DNA of 62,636 bases, the filler included, from Candidatus Woesearchaeota archaeon (GTDB taxonomy: Archaea > Nanobdellota > Nanobdellia > Woesearchaeales > J072): assembly GCA_003695265.1 (NCBI GenBank). It is 6 parts of 6 records of this genome, joined end to end, with 100 filler letters (N's around TTAATTAATTAA, not from the genome) between each part and the next. Parts side by side here need not be neighbours in the genome. Positions count along the whole stretch, not along the records: positions 1 to 24,561 come from RFII01000068.1; positions 24,662 to 35,656 come from RFII01000069.1; 4 more parts are not named here. One strand, written 5' to 3'. Made by a program: the position numbers and the translations under genes. The notes beneath the pieces were generated by a model. That model made no database searches. It saw nothing but the letters and a program-made list of their open reading frames with translations, and had not been told where the DNA came from. This document shows positions 20,101 through 29,996 of this stretch, piece by piece. Position 1 is the first letter of the stretch, and the number at the start of each line of letters is the position of its first letter.

Positions 20101-20462
20101 TGTAGATACTTCTTAACTGTTTCCAGAAGCTCGTCCTTGTCAAAAGGCTTTGTTAGGTAAGCGTCCGGCCGGTAATAAGCCTTAGTCATTTCTTTTGTGC
20201 CAGGATCACTCCTTGCTGTAAGGATTATAACAGGAATCTTGAATTTCTTCTTGATAAACTTGCAAACCTCAAAGCCGTCAATGTTGGGCATCATCAAGTC
20301 AAGTAACACGAGGTCAGGAAGCTCCTGTTTTACTGCTTCTATTGCCTGCTCCCCATCACTAGCAGTGATTATTTCCCACTGATTGCCTGAAGTCTCAAAA
20401 ATCAGCTGCAACGAGCTTAGTATGGCCTCATCATCATCAACGACAAGTATTTTCTTAGGCAT
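20097..20462 (-). CDS. Stand-alone response regulator (REC)
   Basis: VVDDD, DLMMP, LTA, KPF. Confidence 0.93.
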   Translation of the reverse strand: MPKKILVVDDDEAILSSLQLIFETSGNQWEIITASDGEQAIEAVKQELPDLVLLDLMMPNIDGFEVCKFIKKKFKIPVIILTARSDPGTKEMTKAYYRPDAYLTKPFDKDELLETVKKYLQ

Positions 20463-20532
20463 GATCCTCACCTAAGATATGATTGGAAAAGCTCCTTTAT
20501 AAGTGTTTGCAAGAATTAATACAAATTATTAC

Positions 20533-21705
20533 TCAAAAATTCTTAATGTACCTGTCAAGGATTTCCTGCGCCGCTCTTTTAGTGTCGGGAATAACTTGGG
20601 AAGTCGTGTCAATATAGGCAACTTTTGTTCCGCGGTCCTCGAATATTCTTGCAAAGTCAGGGCTTCTGTACCTTTCGACTAATGCTGCTTGGAATTCAGC
20701 AGTCTCAAAAATGCAGTTGTCCTGCTTTTCCCTACTGCTCATTCTTCTCATTATCTCTTCAGGATCGCACGTCGTTATTATCAGCAGTCCGGGAGGATTA
20801 TTCAATGCAAGCCTGTTTCCCGCAAGAGACATAACTTTTTCTTCAGACAATTCTTCGCCCTGGAATTGTGCCTGGATTATTTGGTAGGCTAATGAGGTTG
20901 AAACACCCCTTTCCACAAAGCCCGCTTTTTCCTGGTTTGGAATCCAGACTCTTCTGTAAAGGGTTGCCCTGTCAGCTGAAAAGGTTTCCGCGACTTCCTC
21001 TGCTGTGTATCTCCTGGAGTTTTGCGCTATTTTCTCCCTTCTTATGTCATTGCCTACTCCTGCATAGGTTGGCTCGCATGCAAGGATTACATCAAAAGGC
21101 TCTAGCAGCCATTCTTCCGGATAAACCTTGTGCTCTTTCTGGAAGCTGCGCATGTCAAAAACTGTTTGCCCTCTTTCTCTTGCAAGACTGCCGAAATGAT
21201 CAATTATTGTGCCCTTGCCAGAAACATCTGTGCCGTCAACCATTACAAGGTTTTTTAAGACGTTTGAGCCCATCCTCAAGTCAAAGAATCGCTGAATAAC
21301 TTCAGGAAGCGTTCTGTCAGAATAAGTTCTTATCATAAGATAAGGGCTGGGAGAATCCTCTAAAAGCCAGCTTGTTCTCATTCCTTCAGGGTAAAGGAGA
21401 AGTGTCGGAATTTTTTTCTCTCTTGTCGCGATTGCTATCTCGTATCCCTTGCCGTCGCTGGGGTAAGCGTTTAAAGCAACCAGGCAATCAGCTCTGCCAA
21501 GAAGCCATTCGTCAATGTCGCGGTCGTGAATATTAACGCCTCTGACCCTGTTTCTTGCTTCAAACTCGCGAACATCTTTTCTTCCAATATGCCTTGTTAA
21601 AACGTTGCCGTATTTTGAGAGAAGCCTTATAACTCTCCTTGCAAGATCATTGTCGCCTTTTGCGCTGACTGGAGCGGCAAAGTAAATGTTTGGTCTTTCT
21701 TTCAT
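20533..21705 (-). CDS. Fusion: nucleoside 2-deoxyribosyltransferase/DNPH1-like N-hydrolase + thymidylate kinase
   Basis: N-term IYFAAP..IHDRD..W..ADCLVA..PSDGKGYE; C-term DGTDVSGKGT P-loop, EPT, ADR, ERGVSTSLAYQ. Confidence 0.8.
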   Translation of the reverse strand: MKERPNIYFAAPVSAKGDNDLARRVIRLLSKYGNVLTRHIGRKDVREFEARNRVRGVNIHDRDIDEWLLGRADCLVALNAYPSDGKGYEIAIATREKKIPTLLLYPEGMRTSWLLEDSPSPYLMIRTYSDRTLPEVIQRFFDLRMGSNVLKNLVMVDGTDVSGKGTIIDHFGSLARERGQTVFDMRSFQKEHKVYPEEWLLEPFDVILACEPTYAGVGNDIRREKIAQNSRRYTAEEVAETFSADRATLYRRVWIPNQEKAGFVERGVSTSLAYQIIQAQFQGEELSEEKVMSLAGNRLALNNPPGLLIITTCDPEEIMRRMSSREKQDNCIFETAEFQAALVERYRSPDFARIFEDRGTKVAYIDTTSQVIPDTKRAAQEILDRYIKNF

Positions 21706-23372
21706 TTATGCAAACCTGGTTCTTCATGTTTTATTCTTATGATATCTTCGAGCCACGGAAGCACTTTTGTCACTTCTCTATGAACGTTATGCATGTCCTG
21801 ATGATAGGAAAAGTGCCTTCCAGGGCCTGTCCTTAATTCTTCCATGTAAGCAAGCTCTGCCAAGTCCATTGTGATGTGCAATGGAAACATTGTTGCCATT
21901 GGAATAGCATATTGGTAAGCGAAAGGGAACCTGTCTCTTGCTTTTTCTTCAAACTGCATTGCCTTCTCGCCAACTTCCTCAAACAAAGGATTTAATCCCA
22001 TCTCAAGAGCTGAGTCAGGAATGTAAATGCCGTGCCTTAAAGTGTACCTTTCTTCTGTCTTAACGCACCTTCTGTGCCTTCTCAAGTCTCTCAAAGCTCC
22101 AACATCTGTCTTTATTTCAACGCCGATTTGGACATTCCTAAATGCCTCATCTAAATGCTCGTTTTTTTCTCCCCTTTTCTCAACAGTCCTTTTGAGCAGA
22201 GCAACTTTTTGGTCATAAGGCATTGAAGATGCTAATTTTCTGAAGTGCTCTAATGAGCCGTGATTCAACCGCTTCATTATGAAAGCAACAACCTCGTCAA
22301 GCGCGTCATGATTAATCATTGTTAGGCGCGCATACTTTCCTGAGTCTGGCTCAAAATGGTTTTCAGCATTAAAAGCTCCATCATAACCGGCTAGCATGTC
22401 AGCATAGTAAGGGTCTCTTCCAGCGTATTTTATCAGCGAAGGAGAAAGCTGTTTTGCAGCTATTTCAAAAAGCTTACCGAAGATTTGAACTTCCTGCAAT
22501 GGGTGAGAAAGCCATTTGCTTATGTTTAGCTCCTCTTCCCTGCCGCTCATAACAAAATAGATGTTTGTCATTGTTGCTTGAGGCAACAGGTAGCGCACAA
22601 CGTCTAAAGCTTGGCCTTGAATCATTCTGTCATAATCAGCTTTCTGGCCTCTGAGCGTTTTCTTGTTTGTGTGGCCCTCCTCGACGAACCTTTCGAAAGG
22701 CATTTTGCTAATGAACCACCTTTTTGCAATTGGCAGGGCTTTTTCATAGGCCTGCATCATAAACCGGACAGTATCCTCGTATTCGCTTCCTAAGTCAGAA
22801 GCCATTATTTCTGGATCGCGGTAAAAAGTTTCAGAATCAAAATGAACATACCTCGTTGACTGCTCAATAAATGATATTAAAGGGTCGAAAGCAAGCTCTC
22901 GCGCAACAAGCTGGCTTATGTTGTTGGCGACAAACCTGTCCTTTACTGTGTCGCCAACGCTTTTATGTCCGTATCTCCCAAACCAAAACTCAAAGAACCT
23001 CTGACTTTTTTTAAGGCCTGACTCCAAAAACCTGCTCGGGTCTCTTGAGAAAGGCGCTAAAACAAAAAAATTCCAGAAAAACTGCAGGTTTCCCTTGATC
23101 TTGTCAATTCTGCCTGCCGCGCTTGCCTGACCTGACGCAAAATCAATAAGATGGTCTCTTACATCCCGAGGATTCCTGCTGAAATAGGAGCCTGCTGCGC
23201 CGCCAGTTTCTCCCCTAACAGGATGCAGCAATCCATAAACAGGCGCGTCAGGATGAGTTACAAAATATTTTAATGCGCGCCTCTGAAGCCAAGACCATTT
23301 TGAGCTGCGCTCACTATCACGGATTATTTTTTGGGCAATTCTTTCTAATTCGTCTTCAGGAATAAGGCTCAT
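21702..23372 (-). CDS. thyX: FAD-dependent thymidylate synthase, tandem-domain type
   Basis: YGHKSV, EQSTRY, RYLLP in domain 1; DLRRHR and ELRT in domain 2. Confidence 0.85.
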   Translation of the reverse strand: MSLIPEDELERIAQKIIRDSERSSKWSWLQRRALKYFVTHPDAPVYGLLHPVRGETGGAAGSYFSRNPRDVRDHLIDFASGQASAAGRIDKIKGNLQFFWNFFVLAPFSRDPSRFLESGLKKSQRFFEFWFGRYGHKSVGDTVKDRFVANNISQLVARELAFDPLISFIEQSTRYVHFDSETFYRDPEIMASDLGSEYEDTVRFMMQAYEKALPIAKRWFISKMPFERFVEEGHTNKKTLRGQKADYDRMIQGQALDVVRYLLPQATMTNIYFVMSGREEELNISKWLSHPLQEVQIFGKLFEIAAKQLSPSLIKYAGRDPYYADMLAGYDGAFNAENHFEPDSGKYARLTMINHDALDEVVAFIMKRLNHGSLEHFRKLASSMPYDQKVALLKRTVEKRGEKNEHLDEAFRNVQIGVEIKTDVGALRDLRRHRRCVKTEERYTLRHGIYIPDSALEMGLNPLFEEVGEKAMQFEEKARDRFPFAYQYAIPMATMFPLHITMDLAELAYMEELRTGPGRHFSYHQDMHNVHREVTKVLPWLEDIIRIKHEEPGLHK

Positions 23373-23424
23373 TTTTTAATTTTTGATTAACCCCCTTTAA
23401 TAAAGATTTACATACTTTTTTATA

Positions 23425-23440
23425 ACTATTCCAGAATAGT
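23425..23440. promoter_or_regulatory. Inverted repeat ACTATTC-CA-GAATAGT between divergent thyX and kinase/deaminase promoters
   Basis: Perfect 7-bp arms between two TATA-like elements. Confidence 0.4.
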
Positions 23441-23474
23441 AAAAAATATATATAGTTTTCGGTATTTAAAGCGC

Positions 23475-24503
23475 ATGATTATTGGAATAACAGGTTTTTT
23501 AGGGGCAGGCAAAGACACTGTTGCCGAGTATTTGATGAGTCTTGGCTTTCACCACATCTCGCTTTCTGACATGATTAGGGACGAGCTAAGAAAAAAAGGA
23601 TTAAGCCTGAGCAGGGAAAACCAGCAAAAGATGGGCAACAGCCTGAGGGAGAAGTACGGCAGCGCCATTCTTGCCCAGAGAGCTCTGAAGAAGATGAGCT
23701 GGGACAAAAACTGGGTTGTGACAAGCATAAGGACTCCTGCAGAAGTCGAAACGCTTAAGCAGACAGAGAAGTTTGTCCTCATATTCGTTGATGCGCCTAT
23801 AAGAGTGAGGTGGGAAAGAATAAAGGCAAGAAGAAAAGAGGGTGATCCTCACAGCTTTTCAGAGTTCAAAACATTAGAAGAGCGCGAATTAAGAGGAAAA
23901 GGGTCAGAGCAGCAGCTTATTGCTGTAAGAGAATGCGCTGAAATAATCTTGAAGAACGATTTAACAATTGAGGCTTTGCACAAGAAGATTGATAGGATTA
24001 TTGCTAAGCTAAAGAAAAAAAAGGAGTTCTTAAGGCCGACTTGGGACGAGTATTTCTTAGAGGTCATGGATGCAGTGGCAAGAAGAGCAACCTGTGACCG
24101 AGGCAGAAGCGGCGCTGTTATAGTGCGGAACAAGCAGATACTTACAACAGGCTATGTGGGAAGCCCTGTCGGAATTGAGCACTGCGACGAGGTGGGGCAT
24201 TTGATGCAGACAGTCCACCATAGCGATGGAAGCGTAAGCAAGCATTGTGTGAGAACAACGCATGCCGAGCAAAACGCGATCTGCCAAGCAGCAAAATATG
24301 GGATTAGCATTGACGGCGCGACTCTTTATTGCAAGATGACGCCGTGCTTTGCATGCGCGAAAATGATAGTCAATTCAGGAATAAAAAGGGTTGTGTGCAA
24401 GAAAGCATATCATCGCGGAAAAGACAGCGAAGAACTGTTTAAGAAAGCGAATGTCAAGCTGGAAATATTAGATAAAACACCTGAAAAATATATTAACCAA
24501 TAA
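23475..24503 (+). CDS. Fusion: P-loop (d)NMP/dephospho-CoA kinase-like domain + dCMP deaminase
   Basis: GFLGAGKDT; RPTWDEYF, RATC, HAEQNAI, PCFAC. Confidence 0.88.
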   Translation: MIIGITGFLGAGKDTVAEYLMSLGFHHISLSDMIRDELRKKGLSLSRENQQKMGNSLREKYGSAILAQRALKKMSWDKNWVVTSIRTPAEVETLKQTEKFVLIFVDAPIRVRWERIKARRKEGDPHSFSEFKTLEERELRGKGSEQQLIAVRECAEIILKNDLTIEALHKKIDRIIAKLKKKKEFLRPTWDEYFLEVMDAVARRATCDRGRSGAVIVRNKQILTTGYVGSPVGIEHCDEVGHLMQTVHHSDGSVSKHCVRTTHAEQNAICQAAKYGISIDGATLYCKMTPCFACAKMIVNSGIKRVVCKKAYHRGKDSEELFKKANVKLEILDKTPEKYINQ

Positions 24504-24561
24504 CAAGCACTTTCTCTTTTGAGGAAAGACCTGATTTTATCCTGACTTTTCTCTTTAAAAC

Positions 24562-24661
24562 NNNNNNNNNNNNNNNNNNNNNNNNNNNNNNNNNNNNNNN
24601 NNNNNTTAATTAATTAANNNNNNNNNNNNNNNNNNNNNNNNNNNNNNNNNNNNNNNNNNNN
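24562..24661. other. Artificial contig spacer
   Basis: N44-TTAATTAATTAA-N44 (stops in six frames). Confidence 0.97.
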
Positions 24662-25675
24662 GAAGATAATACTGGTGTGATAAATGTTATTATTAACAAA
24701 AACAAACAAGATTTGTTTAATATTGCAAAGGATTTCATGCTTGACGAAATCATTGGTGTTGTTGGTGTTTGCTCTAATAATTTTGTTTTTGCGAACAATC
24801 TTTTTTACCCAGACATACCTTTCAGTAAGGAATTAAAAAAATCACCTGATGAGGTTTATGCTCTGTTTCTTTCTGATATTCATGTCGGCTCAAAACAGTT
24901 TTTGCAAGACAACTTTGAAAGGTTTATTAAGTGGATAAACCAAGAAATAGGCTCAGAACAACAAAAACACATAGCGTCAAAAACAAAATATGTTTTCATA
25001 GCCGGCGACGTCATCGATGGTGTCGGCATTTACCCAAACCAAGAGAAGGATTTGACTATAAAAGATATTTATGAACAATATGATGAATTCACAAAGTACA
25101 TCGCTAGAATTCCTTCAAACATTAAGGTAATAATATGCCCTGGAAACCACGACGCTGTTCGTCTGGCAGAACCACAACCACCAATACCAAAAGACTTGGC
25201 AAAAAACCTTTATGAACTTCCAAACGTTAGCCTTGTCAGCAACCCCTCTTTAATTAAAATACACAAGACAAAAAATTTTCCAGGAATAAACGTTCTTTTA
25301 TACCATGGTTACAGTTTTGACTTTTATGTTGCAAACGTTGATTCTATAAGATCAAATGGGGGTTATGACCGAGCTGATTTAATCATGAAAAAAATGCTGC
25401 AGCAAAGACACCTGGCAATAACACACTCATCAACGCTATACACACCTTACTCAGACAAAGACCCTTTAGTTATTGAAGAAATCCCAGACATAATGCTTTC
25501 AGGCCATATTCACAAGGCAAGTGTTTCTCATTATAGAAATATTTCACTAATCTGCGGCTCATGTTGGCAGTCAATGACTGAATTCCAGGAAAAATTAGGC
25601 CACACACCAGAACCTTGCAAAGTGCCTGTCATGAACCTTCAAACAAGAAAAATAAAAATCCTTAATTTCAATTAA
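24662..25675 (+). CDS. polB: DNA polymerase D small subunit DP1, 5'-truncated by contig edge
   Basis: SDIHVGS, GDVIDG, PGNHD, YHG, RHLA, GHIH phosphoesterase motifs; upstream of DP2. Confidence 0.93.
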   Translation, partial: EDNTGVINVIINKNKQDLFNIAKDFMLDEIIGVVGVCSNNFVFANNLFYPDIPFSKELKKSPDEVYALFLSDIHVGSKQFLQDNFERFIKWINQEIGSEQQKHIASKTKYVFIAGDVIDGVGIYPNQEKDLTIKDIYEQYDEFTKYIARIPSNIKVIICPGNHDAVRLAEPQPPIPKDLAKNLYELPNVSLVSNPSLIKIHKTKNFPGINVLLYHGYSFDFYVANVDSIRSNGGYDRADLIMKKMLQQRHLAITHSSTLYTPYSDKDPLVIEEIPDIMLSGHIHKASVSHYRNISLICGSCWQSMTEFQEKLGHTPEPCKVPVMNLQTRKIKILNFN

Positions 25676-25689
25676 ATATTAATAAAAAA

Positions 25690-28600
25690 ATGCTTGAGAA
25701 AAGTCAAAAGATGGAGCAGTACTTCAAATCAGTGCAGAAAGAAGTGGAAAAGGCTTATAAAATTTCTAACGAGGCAAGAAAAAAAGGATACGATCCTGAA
25801 GAAAGAGTTGACGCGACTCTCGCTAAGAATATGGCTGAGCGCGTCTTTGGACTCATAAGCTCTGTCGCGCCACAAATTAATGAGAAAGCGCTGGTTAAAA
25901 GAATAAACGAGCTTGAGAAAAAATACGGCAAGCTTGCCTGGCAGATAGCATTAATCATTGCAAAGGAAGTGGCGCAGGAAAAATTCTGCAAGTTCAAAGA
26001 CAAAAAAGAAGCTATGGAAATAGGTATTAGGACTGGCTTCGCTTATCACACAAACGGAATCGTGGCAGCACCTTTGGAAGGTTTTACAGAGTTGGTAATA
26101 AAAAAAAGAAAGGATGGTAAGGAATATGTGGCAATGAAATTTTCAGGGCCTGTGAGAGGTGCTGGAGGAACAGCAGCGTCTGTTTCAGTTATAATAGGTG
26201 ATTATGTCAGAAAAGAAATGGGTTACTCACCTTATGATCCTACAGAAAAGGAGATAAACAGGTATGTGACAGAAATAAATGATTATCATGAAAGAGTAAC
26301 CAACTTACAGTATTTCCCTTCAGAAGAGGAAATAAGATTTCTCACAAAACACCTGCCAATAGAAGTTGATGGTGATCCTACAGAAAAGATTGAAGTATCA
26401 AATTACAAGGATCTTGAGCGCGTAGAAACAAATAGTATTCGCGGCGGAGTTTGCCTTGTTTTGGCAGAGGGAATATCTCAAAAAGCAAAAAAATTATGGA
26501 AAAGGCTTGAAGTTTGGGGTAAGGATTTCGGCTTGGAATGGGGTTTTTTAAAAGAGTTTTTAGAGCTTCAGAAAAGGATTAGGGCGCATAAAGAAAAGGC
26601 AAAAGAGCCTAACAAAATAGAGCCTAATTACACTTTCATAATGGACCTTGTTGCTGGCAGGCCGGTCTTAACACACCCAATGGCTCCTGGAGGATTCAGG
26701 CTGAGGTACGGCAGGACAAGGACTTCAGGTTACAGCTCAGCAGCCATTCACCCTTTCACACAGTTTCTTCTTAACAAGTACATAGCCACAGGCACACAAC
26801 TGAAAGTTGAGAGGCCTGGAAAAGCAACAGCAGTTACTATTTGCGAAAACATAGAACCTCCAATAGTGAAGCTGAATGACGGCTCAGTCATAAGATTAGA
26901 CACAAAAGACAAACTAAAAGAGCATTTGGGTGAGGTAAGCGAAATCCTTTTTTTAGGCGACATATTATTCAATTATGGTGATTTCTCAGAAAACGGACAT
27001 GTTTTGGTTCCGCCAGGATATTGCGAGGAATGGTGGACTCTTGAGCTTGAAAAAGCAATAGTGGACACTTTCGGATCTTTTGATTTGGAAAAACTGTCAG
27101 AATTCGTTAACATTTCACCAGAAGGACTTTCATTACTAATACAAAAGCCGCAGAGCACAAAAATTTCATTAGAAGCAGCTTTTTCCATATCAAAAAAATT
27201 AAGCATTCCACTTCATCCAAAATTCACTTTTTATTGGAGCTTGCTCACAAAAGACGAGCTTTTAGGATTTTTGAACGTGCTGAACAGAATGAGAATTGAA
27301 AAAGAAGGAGATTCCTTTAAAATAATAATTCCTTTTGACGAAAGACCAAAAAAAGTTTTGGAAAAAATAGGCGCTCCCCACTTAGTTGTGAACAAAGAAT
27401 TCCTTGTTCTTGATAAAACAAACTCAGCAGCCCTTCTCAAAACACTTTCAATAGAAAAATTAGAAGATGTGGATGAATGTATTATAAAAGCTGAGGAAAG
27501 CCCTTCTGAAAACGTTCTCGAGCTGATAAACCTGCTTTCTCCTGTTCCGATAAGGGACAAGGCTGGCACTTTCATCGGAGCTAGGATGGGCAGGCCTGAA
27601 AAGGCGAAGATGAGGAAATTAACAGGCTCGCCCCAAGTCTTGTTCCCTGTAGGCAAGGAAGGCGGCAGGCTCAGGTGCTTCCAATCAGCTATGGAAAAAG
27701 GAAAAATAAAAGCAGATTTTCCAGTGTATAAATGCAACAAGTGCAACAAGACAACAATTTATCGTGTGTGTGAGGTTTGTGAAAAAAAGGCTGTGAGGCT
27801 GTACAACTGCAGGGTTTGCGGCCTTATTGAAAAAGAGCACTGCCCAAAACACCCCGAAATGACTCTTCCTTACAAAACACAGGAAATCGACATAAACCAT
27901 TATTTCAGCAAATCTTTGGAAAAGCTAAAAGAAAAAACGTATCCTGACTTGATAAAAGGCGTTAGGGGCACGTCAAACAAAGACCACACCCCGGAAAACC
28001 TCCTCAAAGGGATTTTGAGAGCAAAGCACGACATAGCTGTTAACAAGGACGGCACGACAAGGTATGACATGACTGAACTTCCAATAACAGCTTTTAAGCC
28101 GAAAGAAATCGGCGTTGACATGGTCAAGCTTAAAGAGCTTGGTTATGAGAAAGACATTCACGGAAATGAGATAATTAGTGATGATCAAATCATAGAATTA
28201 TTTCCTCAAGACATAATCCTTCCGGCAACTATGAATGCTATGGAAGAGTCAGCCAAGGATGTTCTTTTCAGAACCACGAAGTTTGTTGATGAGCTTTTGG
28301 TAAAGCTTTACGGCCTGAAACCATATTATTCCTTGAAAGAGCCGAACGACCTTATAGGTCATTACGTGGTCGGGTTGGCGCCACACATTTCTGCCGGAAT
28401 GATAGGAAGGATAATAGGCTTTTCACAAACACAGGGCTGCTTTGCTCATCCTTTATGGCACGCAGCATTAAGAAGGGACTGCGACGGTGATGAGTGCTCT
28501 GTTTCAATGCTCCTTGATGTTTTGTTGAACTTTTCAAGGCAGTACCTTCCTGACAAGAGGGGCTCAAGGACAATGGACGCCCCTCTTGTCCTGACATCAG

Positions 28601-29226
28601 AGCTCATACCTTCAGAGGTTGATGACATGGTTCACGGCATTGACAAGGTGTGGAAGTACCCTTTAGAGTTTTACGAGGCTGCTCTCGCTCAAAAATACCC
28701 TTGGGATGTGAAAATAGAGCAGCTCGCAGACAATATAGGAACAGAAAAGCAGTACGAGCAGTTTGGCTTCACGCACGAAGTTAGCAGCATAAACGCTGGT
28801 GTTTTGTGCTCAGCATACAAGACTTTGCCTTCTATGGAAGACAAGCTGAAGGGGCAGATGGAAATAGCTCAGAAAATAAGGGCTGTTGATGAAAGCGATG
28901 TTGCCCGCTTGGTTATAGAAAAGCATTTTTTGAAGGACATAAAAGGGAATTTAAGGAAATTCAGCACTCAGCAGTACAGGTGCGTTGACTGCAACGAGAA
29001 GTTCAGAAGGCCGCCGCTGAGCGGGAAATGCCCTTGAGGAGGAAAAATAATCTTCACTGTTTCTGAAGGCTCAATAACAAAATATTTGCAGCCCACAATA
29101 AGCATCGCAGAAAAGTATGACGTTCCAGTGTACTTAAAACAGACAATCGAATTGACTAAAAGAAGGATTGAAAGCGTTTTCGGAAAGGACAAGGAAAAGC
29201 AAGAAGGCCTTGGCAAGTGGTTTTAG
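25690..29226 (+). CDS. polC: DNA polymerase D large subunit DP2, with in-frame TGA at 29035-29037
   Basis: GFRLRYGR, GARMGRPEKAK, RRDCDGDE; homology continues in frame past the TGA (GGKIIFTVSEG..QEGLGKWF) to TAG 29224-29226. Confidence 0.95.
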
Positions 29227-29528
29227 CCTTCTTCCTTTATTTGAATTATCTGTGCGTGTGGAGTTTTATTAACATAACCAACATTCTTTTCTTCAAGCAC
29301 TTTTAATGCGATAAGAAACTTGATTGATTTTTTCCCGACACAGTTTATTATGTAAGCGTCTTCAACACACTTCTTTAATTTCTCATCACTAAGTTTTTCT
29401 CCTTTGTAAAAGTCGGATGTTAAGTCAAGAACTGCTTCTTTGCCTGAAATTTTTTTTCCAACAAGCTCGTCGTCACAAAGTGCTAGAACAAATCTTCCAT
29501 CATTCGTTTTATGCTTTTTTGCTATCAT
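29223..29528 (-). CDS. DUF424 family protein
   Basis: VLALCDDELVGK, FYKGE, INCVG, PHAQ. Confidence 0.85.
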   Translation of the reverse strand: MIAKKHKTNDGRFVLALCDDELVGKKISGKEAVLDLTSDFYKGEKLSDEKLKKCVEDAYIINCVGKKSIKFLIALKVLEEKNVGYVNKTPHAQIIQIKEEG

Positions 29529-29923
29529 ATAACCCTTTGCTTTGCTCCGCAGGCAAGGCACTTTATAAAAGTAAGAGGCCCTTCTTTCATTAGTTTGGTG
29601 TCTGGCTTTCCGCATTCCTTGCAAATAACATATTTTTCAGCGTAAGCCCTGATTTTCTCGTTTATTCTGGACGCTGGAACTTTGGAGCCTATTATTAAGG
29701 CGGTTTTTGTAATCTCTCCAGGCGCGGCCAGTTCTTTCAAAACGTATTTTAACACGTGTTTCACATCCCTGTGCAAGACGCCGGCTATTTGGAAGAAATT
29801 GCTGATGACAGTCCTGTTTCCCTGAATGTGACCTCTGACTTTAGGTATTTCAAACCTAGTGTCTTTAACTGATTTTTCAGGCAGCTCTTCTTTTGCTTTT
29901 TTGACCATGCTTTTAAAGTCCAT
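29525..29923 (-). CDS. eif2b: Translation initiation factor 2 beta subunit
   Basis: RFEIP, GNRTVISNF, CKECGKPDT..CLACGA zinc ribbon. Confidence 0.93.
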   Translation of the reverse strand: MDFKSMVKKAKEELPEKSVKDTRFEIPKVRGHIQGNRTVISNFFQIAGVLHRDVKHVLKYVLKELAAPGEITKTALIIGSKVPASRINEKIRAYAEKYVICKECGKPDTKLMKEGPLTFIKCLACGAKQRVI

Positions 29924-29996
29924 AATTCCAAAAATTTTTATTTAATATTTAAAAGTGTCGAAAAGTATATAAAGAAAAACAAAGGATAATTAAGGT

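Noticed and set aside
24562..24661. TTAATTAATTAA flanked by N runs, five identical copies
   Set aside because: Artificial six-frame-stop contig linker; no biology and no synteny across it.
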